A stretch of DNA of 64,000 nt. It comes from Chiloscyllium plagiosum. Its lineage: Eukaryota. The translations under genes and the position numbers were made by a program. The first letter of the stretch is position 1. Each line of letters opens with the position of its first letter. The notes beneath the pieces were generated by a model, which saw only the letters and a list, made by a program, of their open reading frames with translations, was not told the origin of the DNA and did not search any database. The stretch is taken from contig NC_057719.1 of assembly GCF_004010195.1 (NCBI RefSeq), positions 23,961,629 through 24,025,628 of the forward strand, in the 5' to 3' direction. Positions 61,424-64,000 of this stretch are shown here, in pieces.

Positions 61424-63172
61424 GTAAGAATTCAAAATTCATTCAAAAAGTAATATAAAATGCCTGGCCTATTATTTATAAATTATGAAGCTGGGTCAAA
61501 AATTCAAGTTAAGACATCATGAAAAGAACAGTGAATGGAAGAGTAAATTAATTACATGTGGCGGCTAGGTGGCACACAATGTGTCGATTATAGGGAGAAA
61601 GTAAGACTGAAGGAATTTGGTAGATTCAAAGTTTCTGTTCCAAAAACCATGGATTAATTTTATGAGGTTCAGTCACCCCGTCGTTCTTCCTTAGTCAAAT
61701 TGAAACTAAAGATTAAATAGAGCATATTAAGTCTAGTTGGTGTGACAGTAGGATAAAAATGTATGCCCTTCAACATAAGAGTTTGCCAGTGAGCCTCTCA
61801 AAACTATTGATAACAAGATCATAGCAAATCCATTTAACTATGCCTGATCCTAATATCTTAAAACATTACCTAAAACAATGGTTAATCACAGTCTTGGAAA
61901 TTTGGTATCCATAGCCTTTCCACAATTCCAGTGACATTTGTTCATTACAGCTTGCCAAGATCATGTATGATTAGCTACTGCAAATATAATGACTTATTAT
62001 TAAACTAATTAGCATACAAAAATGCTTTCTTATTGCACCAGTGCACCAGAAAAGCCAATCTCTTAATGTTATGATGTGTCCCTTTGCTCCAGATTCTCTC
62101 ACTAGTGGAAATAACATTGCTTTATGTGCTTACATCATTATAAATGCCCCAATTAATTATCCTTCAGCTTTGGAAACTCAAAGGAATAGAATGCTTTTTT
62201 TTTGCAACTTGTCTTCATAATTTAACCACCAAAGTTTCAGAATCATTTTGTTAAATCTGCAGAGTTCCTCTTTAAAACCATATATACTAGCTATGGTATC
62301 GTGCCCAAAACTGAATACAATGCTCCAGATGTGATGGAGAAATGGCCAAAATTCAGGCCAACTGAAGCATAACCACTTCTTTTTGTATGCCAATCTCTTT
62401 GAAATTAAAGCCAACACTCCTTTTGTCTCTTTTGATTTTTTTTTACCTGTGCACTAGCTTTTAATGATTTGTGCACCTGGACAAATACCTTTGTTCCTTC
62501 AGTTTCTATTCATCAAATAAGTTTGTCATATGCTTCATGGCTATTACAGTATGACCTGAACTTGTCTTCAATAGACTGATACAACTTATCATACTTACAT
62601 TATTAGCTTGTTTTCATAGTTTTGTTCCTACCCCCTTTCTGCATATCCAGGTTTCTCTTTTTATTTGTATATTATTTTCTTCAGCTTAATATTGCCTTTT
62701 AGATCATGAGGACGTAGGAGAGAGTGAGGGGAGAGAAAAGATAAATTATTATGAAATGAAAACCGAGAAATTGGTGACTCTTACTGCTCCACCTACATAA
62801 TACTCCGACCAACAATAGTCAGAGTACGAACGATTATCTATAAGTTAAAAATTTAAAAATGAGTAATTATAGATCTGCAATAATTGCTTATTTTTGTTCA
62901 GGGAAGTGGATGGCTCCCTTTGATCCAAATGGTACCAAGGATGGAATATTCTATATAAATGCATATACCAGAATCAAAGTACCAATGATGTTCAAAGAGG
63001 ACACTTTTTTCTTAACACATGACAAGACACATTCTTGTATAATACTGAAGATTCCATACCAAGGAAATGCAAGTATGTTGGTGGTGATACCAAAAAATGG
63101 AGAATATCTACATGTGGAAGATGAGCTAACAACAGAATTATTAGCCAAGTGGATCAAAGCATTGAAACCTAA
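60739..63172 (+). CDS. SERPINA10: Protein Z-dependent protease inhibitor (ZPI), 5' partial: join(60739..61423,62902..63172); remaining exons lie beyond the window
   Basis: Long acidic N-terminal extension; FGFNLYRKI..HEDNVFFSP, NYILFKGKW..PFDP, Y.IKVPMM, C..LKIPYQGNASMLVV and EDELTT match ZPI as recalled from human (KLPYQGNATMLVV, EDYLTT); SERPINA intron phases 1 and 2. Confidence 0.88.
62030..62490 (-). mobile_element. Old CR1 3' fragment in SERPINA10 intron
   Basis: Decayed HLEHCIQFWA / RFNKMILKL..LNYEDKL motifs. Confidence 0.6.
62902..63172 (+). CDS. SERPINA10: SERPINA10 coding exon 2, 271 nt
   Basis: Acceptor tttttgttcAG ends 62901; donor AA|GTATGA at 63173, phase 2. Confidence 0.9.
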
Positions 63173-63699
63173 GTATGACTTTCAATTTTACAATCAAACA
63201 GTAATGGGTATGTCAAAATGCAATAGGTTACAACTGAGAAAAAGCGGCTATAGTGAGGCAAAGATTAACATACTGTTTTCAATGAAGTACTGTTCTTAAT
63301 TACAGCTCATTCTTCATTATTGGACTTAGAATTTACTTTATGTATCTTTGACATATGTGGAGCCGGACAGAAGTCTGAGACAGATTTATAGACCTAAAAA
63401 AAGCCTTAAGCATTCTTGTTATCACTTGTAACTTAATTATATCATTTAAATTTAATTTAATTCCAATTAAAATATATACTTGTTTTAGTAAGATATTAGG
63501 ATTTCTATGTTGAAATAATGATGAATAGTTAATAGCTTAAATGTGTTTTTTTTGGTAAATTGTGCATGTAGTTAACTCTACAGAAAAGTGGTTGGGTAAA
63601 TATTCATGTAGACTGGATATTTTTACTGTATGTTCTGGACTCATGGCAATGCTTGCAGAATCACTTTAATTGTCTATCTCTTATCTGCTTTTCTGTGGG

Positions 63700-64000
63700 T
63701 AAGGAAAACTAAAACTAGAGGGCATTGGTTTAAGGTGAGAAAGGAAAGATTTAAACAGGACCTGAGGGGTGACTTTTTTAATGCAGGGGGCGGTGTGTAT
63801 ATAGAATGAACTGCCAGCAGAAGTAGTGGAAGATGGAAAAATTACAGCATTTAATAGGCATCTGTACGGTATATGAATAAGAAGAGTTTAGAGGGAAAAG
63901 AGCCAAATGCTGACAAATGGGACAAGGTCGGATTAGGATTAATGGTCAGTGTTGACAAATTGGAATGAAGGGTCTATTTCCGGGCTGTATGTCACTATGA
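63700..64000 (+). mobile_element. CR1 3' end in SERPINA10 intron
   Basis: KTKTRGHWFKVRKERFKQDLRG, followed by the CR1 3' UTR. Confidence 0.8.

Overview
Vertebrate genomic DNA, almost certainly a cartilaginous fish (shark), inferred from its repeats: HE1/V-SINE-like and Deu-type SINEs, CR1 LINEs with (CTCTATGA)n tails and Penelope elements. It covers part of the clade A serpin cluster. There is one complete alpha-1-antitrypsin-like gene (CDS join 4674-5307, 9977-10247, 11980-12127, 14480-14668; 413 aa; P1-P1' = Phe-Ser). About 46 kb downstream on the same strand lie the first two coding exons of SERPINA10/ZPI (60739-61423, 62902-63172); that gene runs off the window. The rest is mostly nested, decayed transposons: a near full-length CR1, Rex1/Babar, Gypsy LTRs with gag, a Harbinger transposase relic, Penelope-like elements (PLEs) and SINEs. 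The most notable non-genic signal is a set of short PLE-derived elements from about four families. They carry minimal hammerhead-ribozyme cores (CUGANGA...GAAA), often form hairpins, and several are flanked by 11-15 bp target-site duplications; one appears to have captured 149 bp of nearby DNA. All calls are by eye, without database searches, and repeat boundaries are approximate.
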